From contig NW_026932716.1 in assembly GCF_032062105.1 (NCBI RefSeq), positions 248,001-312,000 of the forward strand: DNA of 64,000 bases. Direction: 5' to 3'. Source of the stretch: Saccostrea cucullata. Taxonomy: Eukaryota. Shown piece after piece: positions 46,911 to 60,109 of the stretch (within the stretch, counting starts at the first letter, position 1; the number at the start of each line of letters is the position of its first letter). Position numbers and translations under genes: made by a program. Under the pieces are notes generated by a model that was not told the DNA's origin, ran no database searches, and saw nothing but the letters and a program-made list of their open reading frames with translations.

Positions 46911-48385
46911 TATATTTATAACAAAATGAAGTATCGTTTTAAAAAGAAAAACAACAAAAACAGTGTAATGCTTGCTGACAACAAAATTATAACAGACTAT
47001 GATATTCTTCTGTCAGTTATAAGGAATGTTGGGGACAGAGTAAATATCTACAACTAGAGAGTTTTGGTGCATCTACTTAACAAGCGAGGGAGGCAGACAA
47101 AAGCTGTTTCTCAAAGGTCTCTGGTTTAAAAACCAAACTGACTCTGTGTACATATACTATTTAAACCTATTTCCTTCTGGTACTTTGAATCCAAGTGATC
47201 CTGAAAGTAGCAGAGCCTGGAATTCGTCTGTAAGGTCAAGGCAGAGGAGTCTTTAAAATTCTACATGCACGTGTTCAATGTTGAACATAAAAGTGAACTA
47301 TGGTATGAAACTAAAAGGAGAAACTATAAGAAATCCAGTTACAAGAAAAATGGTCAGCGTTCCTAGTAAATTGTTCCGTTTCCCGATGGAACCTTTTTTG
47401 CCTAGGATTGCATAGTGTGTCGCAAATGACGTATCGATCAAAATAGTCAAAATAAGTCCAAACAAGATATCAAATGTAAAAACTGTTGGGGAAACTGATC
47501 ATTATCCGCGCTTCTGCAGAAAACGAACAAGGCTGCAAAGTTTACGAACAAGTAGGCCATGAATTAGGGCTCAGTGTCGTGGCTCTCCACGGCCATAAAA
47601 ATGATATTTCTTGAAGTAAGGTCAACACTTCGTATATAATGTTGATGATGTCTTTGTGTTGTATATTATTGTACAGTTTTAAATGCTTCTACTTATATGT
47701 AATGCATTTGCAATTTGCGTTAAACTGAATTAACGTCAGAAGTGTTTTCTGGTGTTTTAAATTTATTCCGCCCTGCATCATATGCTATGAATCTATCCAA
47801 AGCAAATTGTAACTTTATAACTTGCGTCATGTGATCATATTTTTCTAATTTAATACTTTTGTTTAGTGAAAACATATATTGCCATTATGTTTAAAAAAAA
47901 TAAGTCGCTTAATGAAAATGTTAATAAATTGGTGTTTATATGTCTTATTTCCTTTTATTAGAATTACTGTTTACATAAACAACAATGTTAAGTATTAAAG
48001 TAGGACTGTTAAGTTGAGTATTTTAAAAAAAATTAGGGTGACAAATAGTGATATGCATGAGGTGTTTGAATTTGTTTGTGTTTATTTCATTCTTTTATCA
48101 ACAATCCCACATCATCTTCATATTTAAATATGCTTCATATTGTCTGGGTTATTCTGGAGTTATTTTCTTTTAAACGCAGCATGTCATCCCCTATTCTCTT
48201 TAGAGTAGTGGACAGGCTTTCGCCTAAATTTTGAAAAAAAAATCAAAATTGCACAAAAAAACTAATTAATATAAGTTATGATAATAAAAAATGCACTTCA
48301 AAACAGAATTAAGATTTCCGTTTATTTGCAAATATCAAAAGAGTTTATTGATTTAATTTTATTTAATATCTGATCAAGGGCAATA

Positions 48386-49421
48386 CGAGGGCTGTTCGGA
48401 AATTATTGAGACATTGTATATATATTTCTTTCTAATATGAACGTCTTTCGGTGAAAATTCGCATATATACGTTTGACAAGCACTAAAAATTCGTAAAAGC
48501 AAAAATTATCTGACAAATATTAAATTTCTTATCTTCAATGGTCTATAATTGTGTCAATGGTAGGGGGACGCAGTCACAGCTAATTAAAATATGTAACAAC
48601 AACGTTCGAACCCCCAATGAACCCATGATAAAGGCGATAATAAATCAATTTTTGTTTATGATGTTTCAATTTTATTTTGACTGCATGTTGTGTAAGTTTT
48701 TTAAAATTCTGATCAGAAATACAGAGATCATTTTTAAAAATTATGTGCAGTAAAGAATGACAACGACGAAAAAATGGAATTTAACCTCAAGGCGGAGCAG
48801 CGAGAGACTTAAAATTTTGCGTAGCGCTATTTAAAACTCTTTTCCATAACGATCAACCTGATAAAACAATAACAACAAGAATGCAAAACATGTTTAAGGG
48901 TTGTTGAAATAACAATAACCAATGAATTATTGGTTTATATAATTCAACCAGAGTAAAATCAGAAGTTCCTGACGACCATTAAATTTGAACGAACGGAATC
49001 AATAACATTGACCCGCGTTGCATAAATTGGCATTGCAAGTCATCCTGTATAAACAACAAATGAAAAGTTTACACTGTTGAAGCAATAACGCACATTTTTT
49101 AAAGAATCATTATGATTATAAGAAAAAAGGAAAGTTTGATTTTTGTATGTTATATATGATAACAAAGAAACAAACGAAAACACTTCCCGATAGTTTCAAT
49201 GCGAAAACATCTCCGGCTGACGTGACGTAGCTTTTGCGCTTCAGATCGATAGACATATGCATGTTTACAAATTTACCATGAATTATTTAGTTATCCTATA
49301 ATTTAGAAATTTTGCATATTTGTTTTAGTCTTTTCTTTCTAAAAAAATTTCCTGAATTTATCTCTGCTCTTTATAGAGTTAAAGTAAATGTCTCAATAAT
49401 TTCCGAACCGAACAGCCCTCG
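48386..49421. mobile_element. Tc1/mariner-type non-autonomous element (~1.04 kb)
   Basis: TIRs CGAGGGCTGTTCGGAAATTATTGAGACATT and AATGTCTCAATAATTTCCGAA(CCGAA)CAGCCCTCG, with TA on both sides. Confidence 0.88.
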
Positions 49422-49642
49422 TATACAATGTATTCACGAGGTTTGATCCTATTGATACTTTTTTCTAACATATTTTTGGTTTTTTACACACATAGCTGAA
49501 TTATAAATCAAAGCAAAAAATATGGATCAATAGGCTCCTTTGGGACTACAGTAGTACATTTAATCTAATTTTTCGCACTGAAATTTGTGACTTAATAAAA
49601 AATCACATCTTCGACGTTTTCTCTTAGGTTTCAATCCAAATA

Positions 49643-50557
49643 CGGATGATCAAAACGTTTGCGAACTAATTGAATAACTTCCATAAAAGAAACAGTATTT
49701 GGTTTCGGTGTTGATTACACTTTAAATTAGTCCTCTCCGAATTTAATGCACATCAGCCACCGTTCTGCGCATGTGCGAATCACGTGATATTGGCTGTCAC
49801 GTGGGTGTTATATTTCTTTTCTATAAGTTAATTTTTATAACAAGAACAGTTCATTTGTCAGAAATGGTCAAATCTCGGCAACAGAAAGGGTAGATAAGAA
49901 TATCTTTTCCAAAATTAAGCATGGCGACCATTAAAACACAAATCTTCCGTCTTTGGAGAGACGTTTATTCAAGGTGGATAGAGTATGGTTTCCCCCTTTG
50001 TATCATATCTAATATGCTTAAAATCTAAAGTAAACGATATCTTAGGTATTTAATAATTATACTATTGTTCAAATATTCAACTATTTTTCAAAGTGTAAGT
50101 TGGAGGTCTTTGATAGCAAATTGCTTAATTACAAACACATATCTTTTCAAACTTGCTTTCAATAAGAAACAACATGACATGTATAATTTTTAACCATCTG
50201 CCTTCCTTCACTAAAACAACCAATCCAATCATTGATTGAATTTATAGGAAGTCTTTTGTCTTAATAAACTGTGTACAAATTATTATATGCTACGGCAAAG
50301 GGGTTTCTAAGATATGCAATAAATTGTGCAGTTGTTTGTTGAACAAGTCCGACCGAGAAAACCATTTTTTGTCACAAGTGACCTACATAGTGATGTCATT
50401 TTCACATTGTGACGTCACAAACAAGGATTAAAGCTTTATTCGGCATACGCTATTTATAGAACTTGTGTATGGTTATGTATGTACCAAATTTCATTCTAAT
50501 CTGAATTGTGGTTTTGTAGATATAGAGTTAAATCGCGAACTTTTTGATCACCCCTCG
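49643..50557. mobile_element. Second, older mariner-like MITE
   Basis: Right end TCGCGAACTTTTTGATCACCCCTCG|TA; degenerate left end TA|CGGATGATCAAAACGTTTGCGA. Confidence 0.55.
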
Positions 50558-50571
50558 TAAAGCATACAACA

Positions 50572-50940
50572 AAATAAACTATTGGACATTTGCGAGAAAT
50601 GCTGACTTTTACAACTGACGGTTAACTTGGACATATAAACCTGTATCATGTACGGAAGTACAGAATTGATAATACTAGTAGATGAGGAAATCCTTTCAAA
50701 AGGTCATAGGTATGGTGGTAGGGACACTTACATGTGAATGCCGGAAGTTAAGGGTAGAGTGGTTGTTGTTTTCTTCAACGATAATTTTTATGTTTAATAA
50801 AATTACCCGTTATTTTCGTTGTATTAAATGTTAAGCTAAATATTTATATCGTAAAAGAGCTTCCATACATTGTCCTGGTGTAAAAGCCAGCCGTCAACTG
50901 TAAAAGTCAACGTTCTTTGTAAAAGTCTATTAGTCTATTT
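50572..50940. mobile_element. MITE with ~60-bp imperfect TIRs (GACTTTTACA family)
   Basis: Left arm AAATAAACTATTGGACATTTGCGAGAAATGCTGACTTTTACAACTGACGG versus the reverse complement of the right arm AAATAGACTAATAGACTTTTACAAAGAACGTTGACTTTTACAGTTGACGG. Confidence 0.7.
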
Positions 50941-51607
50941 AAAGAAAGACACTTTAAAGTTGTGACAAAGAAAAGTTTCAAACTGCCTCGCGTAATCAAT
51001 TATTTAACCTTTCTGCACTGACCAAATATGATTTTTCTCGCATTCAAAATTCAACAAGCAAAAAATTATTTCAAAGTCAAACTTTAGCTTAATTTAAGCA
51101 GATTGATCAAACTCATCCTACATATTCAGAAAAGAAAAACAAAATGGGGGTCTATGATATAAAGTTTCAGATATTTCCTGAAAAGTGTAAATTGTATGCT
51201 AAAATTAGCTCAATTTTTCCTGGGATCTCATAATCTATTTACTATATTTTCACAATATAATGAAAGAATTCATAAAAAAAAATGTAATACAATACCAGCA
51301 TACAGGTGTAGAGCATTTCACTGCATAAAACAACCCAAGGTACAACAAGTATGGAAACATAGTAATGTTAACATAACAGAACTGTGTATATTTCAATATG
51401 GAGTAGCATTTTAAGATTCTTCAATTTGTACATTCGTTTTGTCATTTCGAAATTGCGAAGAATTCATGCAACGAAGAATTGATTTTTATTATGCTCACTT
51501 ATCGTTAAAATCAATATAACTACTGGATATTAAAACATATTGTTACACAGCTGTTACATGTTTGTTGTTTTAAATTGTTAAATAAAATATATTGCAGGAA
51601 AATACAA

Positions 51608-52200
51608 ATGGAAAGAGAGAATGATTTGCTGTTTAGTTTGTCTTTGATTATTATCTTGAATTTATTTCAACATAAAAGTAAGTATGTATTGTGCAAAATT
51701 AATTTTTAAAAAATCAGATATTGATCACAAAGAGAACTTTGTAAACCCGTAATAACTATCATTTGATTATGTGGTATTTTTACTAATAAAAGATTAAAAG
51801 AAAAAACAATATACATGTACATGCATGTTAAAAGCTTCAATTGCTAAATAATGCATGCAAGTGTATGTTGAAATAAGACCTTTAATAAAATAAACAAGAT
51901 CCAGTTACGGCATGCATGGCACAAGTATTTCTCTTCGATCTAGACGCACAGATATGACCAAGAAATTTATTTAGAAAAATAACACAGATAAAAAAGTAAA
52001 AAAAAGTATTTTACAGTTTTAGATGCCGTCTCTACATTTAAGATGCGATACTCAAAAAAAGTGTCCATTTAATGAGACAGAGTGGGAAGAAAGATCGACA
52101 GAATTCGTCTTTCAAGGTAAGGAGGTTTATCATTGCTTACTGGCTGAAGACAAAGTTTCTTTGAAGCAAAGGTGTACAGATGTTACCATAATAGTACCGC
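51608..52200 (+). pseudogene. Receptor paralog 2 (signal-peptide exon plus first Cys-rich exon), frameshifted and 3'-truncated
   Basis: Exons 51608-51677 (MERENDLLFSLSLIIILNLFQHK) and 52023-52200. It has a +1 frameshift in the A run at ~52064-52070 and has lost a conserved Cys (EFVFQG vs EFFCQG). Homology to paralog 3 stops at ~52369. Confidence 0.85.
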
Positions 52201-52371
52201 GTATGTTTTGCAGATACTCGGCAGAGAGATAATGGTGTACTTCTCTTATTCCAGATTATTATCCTTTTAAGAAACAATGGAAATATAAAATACATGTTTA
52301 CTGGCTTGAAATATAAGCGATAATTGGGCGAGGGTAAGAAAACGTGATAGAGGGCGATTCTTGCCGAACGA

Positions 52372-54090
52372 AAGAGCAAACGTGGACCTCTAACACATCA
52401 GATGAAGATCAGGTGCCATGGAGTGAGAATCCCTTGTTTGCATTTTTGTAGATTTTAATGTTAGACATCTAGTCTAGTAATTTTATATTTCAAAAACCTA
52501 TATTTGCCTTTGAATATAGTTTGGATGACCTACCATGAATACTGTTTATTGAGTTTAAAATGTTACATTATTTTAGAATGAGAAAGAGGAAGTTTATAGA
52601 ACCCACCTGTAGAACTCGGCCGCGGCCCCTGACACTGTCTGAATATTTTCCCTTGTAAGTCACAGCAAACTCATTGATCTGCTTGGCATGTTGCAACAGT
52701 TTAGCAGCAAATGTCGGATCTACAGAAAAAATACATATTTTGTTATTTTGGATAATGATAATAAATTATATTTCACATATAATCACTGTTCGGTATAAAA
52801 GCAGAGTTGCCTATTACACCTTATTTAGGGATTGGTAATTGAAATGCTTAAACTCGTTTTATTTAATAAGTCATTTTCAGAAATACAGTGTTCGTTATGT
52901 TTGCTCTGGTCCTATTTTGTATTGTTTTATGGACTTTGATATTGAATGCTGTTCATTATCTCCACATTCTTCACACAAGACTGTAATTAGTCACATAAGT
53001 CACTTGAAAGGCGGGGGTGACTTGTTGATAATTTAATTTAACAGTAATGTTCTCAAACTCTGATAGTTTTCATAAACATCATGTAATTCAGAATAGATAA
53101 CACTCCTTTATCTTTAAAAGCCAAGTACCCAGCCACCATTGCAGCAGCATATTCTCCAGTAACGTCACTTCTGGGTTTATTTTCATCCACTTTGAACACA
53201 GGTTGCCTAGCTGTAATACTTTCTGGTCTGTCCCATACAGAGTGAGATTTTCCTTCGACGACCTGTTAAGACGAAATTTCAAAAAAAGATTGGAATGCTC
53301 AAAGTCAGCACTGATTAGGGTTCTTAGAATAATTCAGAAAATTAAAGTACCTACAAGGAATCTCAAAAGTTACATTATTCAATGAAATTATTTGCATCTT
53401 CTAAAGCAAATCCTTTGCACATACTTTTTTTTTCATCTTTTAAAGTAACTCCTTTGCACATACTTTATTTTTCATCTTTAAATATGTAAAATAGTAGAGG
53501 AATGAGATTCATATAAATTTTTGGTCAAAACATTTCCCAGGACTAAATTTTTGGCAAACTCTTATAATCTTTAATCTAAATGCCAATAGTACATTTATGA
53601 CCAACATTTTTTTTCATTTTTCAGAAGCATTGTAGGTGAATATGTAAGTCAGCTATTGTAACCAGTGAATACCTGTACGTATAACTCGTTAGTTCCGGTG
53701 TGACATTTCAGGAGCCACTTAAGCGACCACCTGATGCATTCGTACATTTTGTCCAGTTCTCCGCTATGTTGGTACGCGTCTTTATACCTCAGAAGACCCC
53801 AGGTAAGCATTGTTGCTGTTGCTGCCATAGGGAAGCCAAATTTTATGTTGTCTCCAGCTGGAAAAGGCTTGACACAGGTAAAATGACATAATATTTACAA
53901 CTTAACGCATCCTTTATCTTAGATATCTGATTTATATCAAATATTTCCTTAATTAATATACATGTAAAAAAAACTATTCAGGCATTTAAAAAATTATCAT
54001 CATCCGTTTTTAGATACATTCTTTGACTAATATTCTTAATAAAATCAAATTTTATTTATCAAGCATCGCTACACCAACGACGCAGTAGGA
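52372..54090 (-). pseudogene. Partial duplicate of GH9 copy 2 (exons 4-6 with introns)
   Basis: Exon copies 53673-53857, 53106-53262 (donor GT mutated to GA; VGEG->VVEG, PGSD->PRSD) and 52607-52719 (113 nt instead of 112, a frameshift). The introns align with 31295-33075. Confidence 0.9.
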
Positions 54091-54224
54091 TGCAGAAACA
54101 TCTCCATCTACTGATTCACATCTTCATCAGAAATAGGACGATTGGAATCTTTTTGGTTTTGGCAAATCTACATTACATCAAGTGTGTGAGGCTATTATAA
54201 AATATCCGCTCGAATATGATACAT

Positions 54225-55113
54225 GAAGGATATGGAGATAACGAACAATTTTCAATATCAAAGTCCATAAAACAATACAAAATAGGAGCAGAGCAAACAC
54301 GGACCTCCGAGACATGAGAGGTGGGATCAAGTGCAATGGAGAAGTAAGCATCCCCTGCCTACTGATCACACCCGCCGTGTGCCCATTGTCATGATCAGGA
54401 AATAACGGAAAAATCTGTCGTCAGTGTACATGATTATACAATTGAGTAACAATTAGTACGAAAAAGTCAGTAATGTAATTATGTATTCTCAAGGAGAATA
54501 AAAAGGATGAAGATCTAAAAAAAATCTTTGAACAATATAAATACATGTATGTGAATAGGTAATTAACACGAACCCCTGGACATCCATGCTGGGATAAGAT
54601 GCCAAGGAGGATACTTACAAATCCCTTACTTATGCAGCAATATACCTTCATCACCTGCATACGGAGTATATATATCTCAGTTGATTCGATACGCAAGAGC
54701 ATGCTCTACGTATGAACAATTTCTTAAACGAGATAAATTATTGACAAGCAAGTTGATGAAACAAGAATATCAGCAGTCTCGTTTAAAGTCATCATTTCGT
54801 AAGTTCTATGGTCGATACAATGACCTTGTCAGCAAATACAATTTATCATTGAGTCAAATGCTGACTGACGTTTTTCATACCAATTGTTAGTCCATTATTT
54901 ATACTTTGAATCGACGACGGATTTTTTCCGTTATTTCCTGATCATGACTACGAGCACACGGCGGGTGTGACCGGTCAGCAGGGGATGCTCACTCCTCCAT
55001 GGCACCTGATCCCACCTCTGATGTTTCGGACGTCCGTGTTTGCTCTGCTCTTATTTTGTATATTGTTTAATGGAATTTAAGATTGAATACTGTTCGTTAT
55101 CTCCATATCTTTC
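54225..55113. mobile_element. Two Penelope-like 3' ends in divergent (inverted) arrangement: 54225-54428 (-), 54623-55113 (+)
   Basis: The + copy is near-consensus ([68 protein letters not shown]) plus the terminus. Confidence 0.9.
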
Positions 55114-55229
55114 TTCAACAAGTTTAATGAAATTCCTGTAACATTAACTTATATGTGAGTAGCTAGCCTGAATCAAAAACAGAGAAAGGTAGAAGAAAGT
55201 CATCAAGAGCTAAATGGTTATGGGGCCCG

Positions 55230-55400
55230 AGCGATTGATGGAATGCATGTTCCTATCATTGCTCCAAAGCATTCCAAAGGAGACAACTTGTATGGTAAGG
55301 ACACTACAGGGGGCACTTGTTTGCGACCACAGCTATATCTTTAGAGAAATAAACATAGGTTTGCCAGAAAGGGTGCAAGATGCCCTCGTTTTTGAAAATT
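55230..55400 (+). mobile_element. PIF/Harbinger DDE transposase fossil
   Basis: AIDGMHVPIIAP followed, after a frameshift, by LQGALVCDHSYIFREINIGLPERVQDALVFEN. This matches the Harbinger/HARBI1 pattern AIDGTHxxIxxP...QxVCD...FxDxxxGWPGxVHDAxVF. Confidence 0.75.
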
Positions 55401-56039
55401 TATTTCAGAGGAGATAACGGCTCCTTGTTTAGACTTTTGCCTTCTAGCCACCATGTTTACCGACTGATATTTTACAAGCCAATGCATAAACAACTGAAGC
55501 AACACTAAAAATGGAGATTTTTGCAATTAAAAAAACAAAATACATACATAAGTAATTTTGCTGCGTGTTCATACGACAAAATTTATACACTTGAAGTAAT
55601 AATTTGCTACAAAGTGTATGCAAAAGTTAATTTGCACCTAGTCCTGACCAGTGGTAAATTTACTCAACTGTGCAGAATTTGTATATGAGTAGATCAGTTC
55701 ATACGACAAAAATTGCATATGGGAGTAAATTTACATTTGTGTAAAATATACTTAGGTGTGCAAATCATGTCGTATGAATGGGGTATAAGTAATATCCGTA
55801 TAACGAATTTGTATAAATATATATAGCAAATTCGCAATATGCTCGTTTTCCCTAAAGCATTTCTCCCGAATATGCTAGGGAACCAATTATTACAAAACAT
55901 ATCTTGGATAACTATGGCTTTATTATGAATTAAATTTTATATAAAAATACTGTCAAAAAAAAGTAAGTTTAAAATAACAAAATTTTAGATCTTTAAAACT
56001 TCATTATAAAAGATGTAAATAACAAAATTCTTTAATCTC

Positions 56040-56209
56040 TAAGGGACTCAAAATCAGTTCGCTATATCCGTAAATTCGCTATATCGGAGTTCGTTTTAAC
56101 CGTAAAATTTTACCAAGAACTACTAAGAATTTTGCCGGGGACCCCGAAAAACTTCGATATATCCATGAATTCGCTATATATCCGTGTTCGTACTAAACGA
56201 GTTTTACTG
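56040..56209 (-). mobile_element. End of a CAGT-terminal (Tc1/pogo-like) MITE with subterminal repeats
   Basis: Repeated TTCGCTATATCC units ending ...AAACGAGTTTTACTG; the partner end was not found. Confidence 0.45.
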
Positions 56210-56429
56210 GAGCAGGTTTATCCACGATTTCTTTATTTTTTCATTGGAATTATCGGTTACTTGAGTAAAACGTCATGAAAATATTTTTAAAAGTTATTTT
56301 TGAAAAATACCTGGGTATTAATAGTGAAACCTGCTTATTACGAAATCAGTGGGACCTTTTCCGTAATTTGTTATATCCGTATAAGGAATTCGTAAAACTT
56401 ATTTAACTGGGGATCAAAAATAACTTTGG

Positions 56430-56705
56430 TCACCATATTGGCGCAGTGGTAAGAGCGTCTGCTCTAGAGTCGCGAGGTAAGGAGTTGGTCCTTCAGTCGT
56501 GGGTTCGAATCCCATTGTGGGACGTGGAGACCGGTTCTTTGGATGAGTGTGTAAACCAAGATCCCGTGTCGCAATAGGTGCTGGTATTTAAAAGATTCCT
56601 CCGTGCTTCATTGCCCTGAGTGCCGAGTTTTGGACAAAATTTACAGCTCTCTACCAGCAAGTCCGTCTTGCTCTCCACTTGGCGGTCGTTTCGCTACAAC
56701 TCCTA
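56430..56705 (+). mobile_element. tRNA-derived SINE
   Basis: A box TGGCGCAGTGG (56439), B box GGGTTCGAATCCC (56501), then a body homologous to the 16655-16905 SINE. Confidence 0.85.
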
Positions 56706-58165
56706 CTCTCTTTATATATTTATTTATATTCATTTTCTTTAATATTTTATGTACCTTTAAACAATATGTTCAAAATGATTATGTCATCAATGTATCCCAT
56801 GTACCGAAATTTTTGTGAATAAATTGCACTTGAAATCAATACATTAAAAGAACATCTTGGTAAAAACAATTCACGAATACTTATTTTCGATAAATATGTA
56901 GACGAATATTTCCTTTTGGTCAAACAGGTGATTCTCGATTTTATCATTGCAAATATTTTAAGACCAAGTCTTCCAAAGATCTGCCCAATATTCCAGTAAA
57001 ATTACTATTCAACACATTTGAAGTTTTAAAAAAATATGTTTTGCATGTATTTTTGTAAAAAAAAATTTAAAAACTATGACATGGGGAACAAACAAAAGAA
57101 ATTGTTAATTGTATATCTCTAAGTGAAACACTATCATTTTGTAATTTAGCAAAACCGTTCATTTTTATCAAATCCATAATTTTAGTAATTTAATCATTCC
57201 AGTAAGCTTGCTCTTATAGCATCTAAGGAATGACTTTGAAGCGGATTATAAAGCGTCAAACTGACTTAAACCAGGTTATACTTGATAATATGGCCAAGAA
57301 TTGGTGTCATTCCTCATACTTTAATTTCTAAATAATTAAACAACTGTGAATGTAAAATTGTGTTGCTTTTTATGAGTTCAAATTTGCCGCTCAATAATAC
57401 AACCCTAGTAACGGAAGTAATGGGAAGTGGAGGGAGGTAAAACTGATACATAGACCTAGCAGCCATCATGTTTGAAGTTAAAGGTACATTTTATAAATCT
57501 GAAATTTTCCATGAATCCCGAGGACTGGAAATGAGGGGATTGATGGATACAGATGATTCTTCTGGTTGTCATGGGGGCGTGTCCCCATTCAAAACCAGAT
57601 TATACAAATAATTCTCCTTCCTTTTAGGAAATCAACCAATGAGAGGCTAGAATAGAAACAAATTATTGATATATAATGAAATGTAGATGTTATATATAGA
57701 ATAAAAACAAGTCTTTTATTTGAATTGTGTAATTATGAACAGCAGAATATCATCCCCTTACATTAATTTGTAAGATGAATACTGAAAACAAGTTTAGAAA
57801 ATGTTGATTTTTCAATGTCCCTGAGCTATTGAAATTTAAAATAATGACTTTCAGTTTCACATCCTCGTACGATCAGGTATTTCCACATCGTTTCTAACAC
57901 GTTGGGCAGAACAATATAAATATATCATTTTTATATCTGTGAATCAACTTAAAGGTAGGTATTACCACAAATATGAGAACATTGTATCTCAAAATCATTT
58001 TTAAAAAGAAATGACCAAATCGTTTTTAATTAGAATTCTACTTTCGATTTGAAACCACAAGTCAAAATGTATGTCAATATGTTTTGTTAATACAATTTGG
58101 GATAGTTAACGCTATATAAACCGCGAATCGGTTTATAAAAAGATATGTTATATCGTTTTCATACT

Positions 58166-58295
58166 GGAGTTTTATGAATAGACTTACTTTTACATTCGAC
58201 AGCTGACTTTTACATTTTAGTAATTGGAGTTTGTTTCTGTAAAAATTGTAGAAGTCAGTCGTCAATTGTAAAAGTAAGTCTCTTCATAAAACTCC
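58166..58295. repeat. Palindromic MITE-like element (~53-bp arms)
   Basis: GGAGTTTTATGAATAGACTTACTTTTACATTCGACAGCTGACTTTTAC pairs with GTAGAAGTCAGTCGTCAATTGTAAAAGTAAGTCTCTTCATAAAACTCC. Confidence 0.8.
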
Positions 58296-60109
58296 ATAAT
58301 GAAATAAGCTCTATTCCATATAATTTGATTTCAGTGTAGATAATAAGAAAATTTTTCCTCCAGAATAGGCTTCAAATTTAGTAAATTTTGAAAGTAATGC
58401 CAAGGAAAAATATTACGGTTTTTTTTACATAACTCATTGTGACGTAGGCAAGTTATTATACAAAATGAATTAAATCTTTTATCCAATAAATTAATGTGTT
58501 TCAACTAAAATTAAATTATAACAAATAACTAATAATGCTTATACCGGTGGTTATATATTAAACGTGCTTGAGTTTATTAGGACACGATGAGCTTTATTAG
58601 ATGAGGGATGAATACATTCATCAGTTGAAAGATCACCGTTACAGTTGTTAATGTGGTTTAAAGTCAAGACACATTGTTTAGGTTGACCTATTCAAATGTT
58701 ATAGGGTAGAACCAGTTTTATGAATAAAATTGGCGGTAAACAGGAGATTGATACAGTCTATTGCTTTTGAAAACATGTCCTGTGAAAAATATTTCCAAAG
58801 CTTTCTGAAAGACTTTCATGATTTTCAACAGAAAAGCTAAAGGCTAAAGGGGGGGGGGGGGTGTCTAAAATAACAATCTTATCATAATTTTCAGCGAAGC
58901 TTAGAGCTCTCTAGCGATCGATACGCTGGTAAAAATGTGTAATAGCACCTACACCGACAAACCTTTGTTTGCCTTATATGGCTATTGTTAGTAATGTGCA
59001 CAGAGTATCCAACCATGAGTAACTGATCAATCGTTGAATGAACAGCAACGCTAGCAAAATACATGTTTAGATTTTATTCAAACATGTGGTTTAAGTCAAT
59101 CTATGATTACGTCAATGGGGTGCAAAATTTTTAAAAGAATGTTTATATGGATGAAATACAAAGATGAGAAATAATGAAATATGTCGCAGGCGTTTTTAAT
59201 TTGTTGTTAACTAGAAATATATGTTTATGAATTGCACTTAGTAAGTGTCAAGTTCAGAATACCTGCGCATCAAGGGCAAGGAAAACGAGCAGCATCTCTT
59301 ATCCATTAAAATGGACATAACATTTTTTTTTTACATAACTCTACTCGTGAGCATAGGCATAGGAGTTACCCCCACCTTTTTTGCAATGATACACATATTA
59401 TAGGTATTGAACATTGGGTTGTAGGTTTACCCTTCCAGACATGTTGCAGTATAAAGTAAAAGAAGGGTAAATGGTATTGTTTAAAAAATGTACGAAAATT
59501 CTATCCAAATCCCTCCCACCCCAATTCGTGTTTGAGCAATAGAATAATTTTATTTCTTTATTGCTTTTTATTTTGTCTAATTTTTTTTGCTAACCAAGTT
59601 TTTTTTTTGCTTGGAATTTTTTTCCTCCTCCAATTAGCCCCGTCCTTTCAATTTGCTTCCGAGGCCTATGTTGTGATCAGGTGTTTTGAAAAAGACGCAA
59701 ATAGTTTTGCAGTAAGACTTTGAAAAACCTTGACTTCCATCGTTTATTTTACAAATGAATTGTTTCTCATTGTGAGGATGTAAATAAAAAAAAATTAGAA
59801 TGCTTTTTATGAACGAAATGGACGAAAAAAAATGATCTTTGAATCTTTCCGATAGCCATTAGATTTTCCTTTTATTGAAATCGTAAAATTCCTGTAGTAT
59901 TCTTAGAAACTCATGATGCAATTTTCATTTAGCTGATTTTAGTCACTTCCTAGCAAAAACTTCCGTGAATAATTTACCCTATCTCGCTAAGGTCTCGCTA
60001 ACTCTTGCGAGAGCCACTGCCAGAGCCACTCTGAACTCTTCGGGTTTTATAATTTACAAATCACAGAAAAATAAAAGGTTCTGAACACATTAGCAAAAGT
60101 GAAGATGAA

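Noticed and set aside
47180-47300. THAP-like remnant (PSDPESSRAW...HARV)
   Set aside because: Similarity is too weak and frameshifted to support without an HMM search.
56430-56520. tRNA gene
   Set aside because: A and B boxes are present, but there is no acceptor-stem closure and the sequence continues into a body shared with other dispersed copies, so it is a SINE head.
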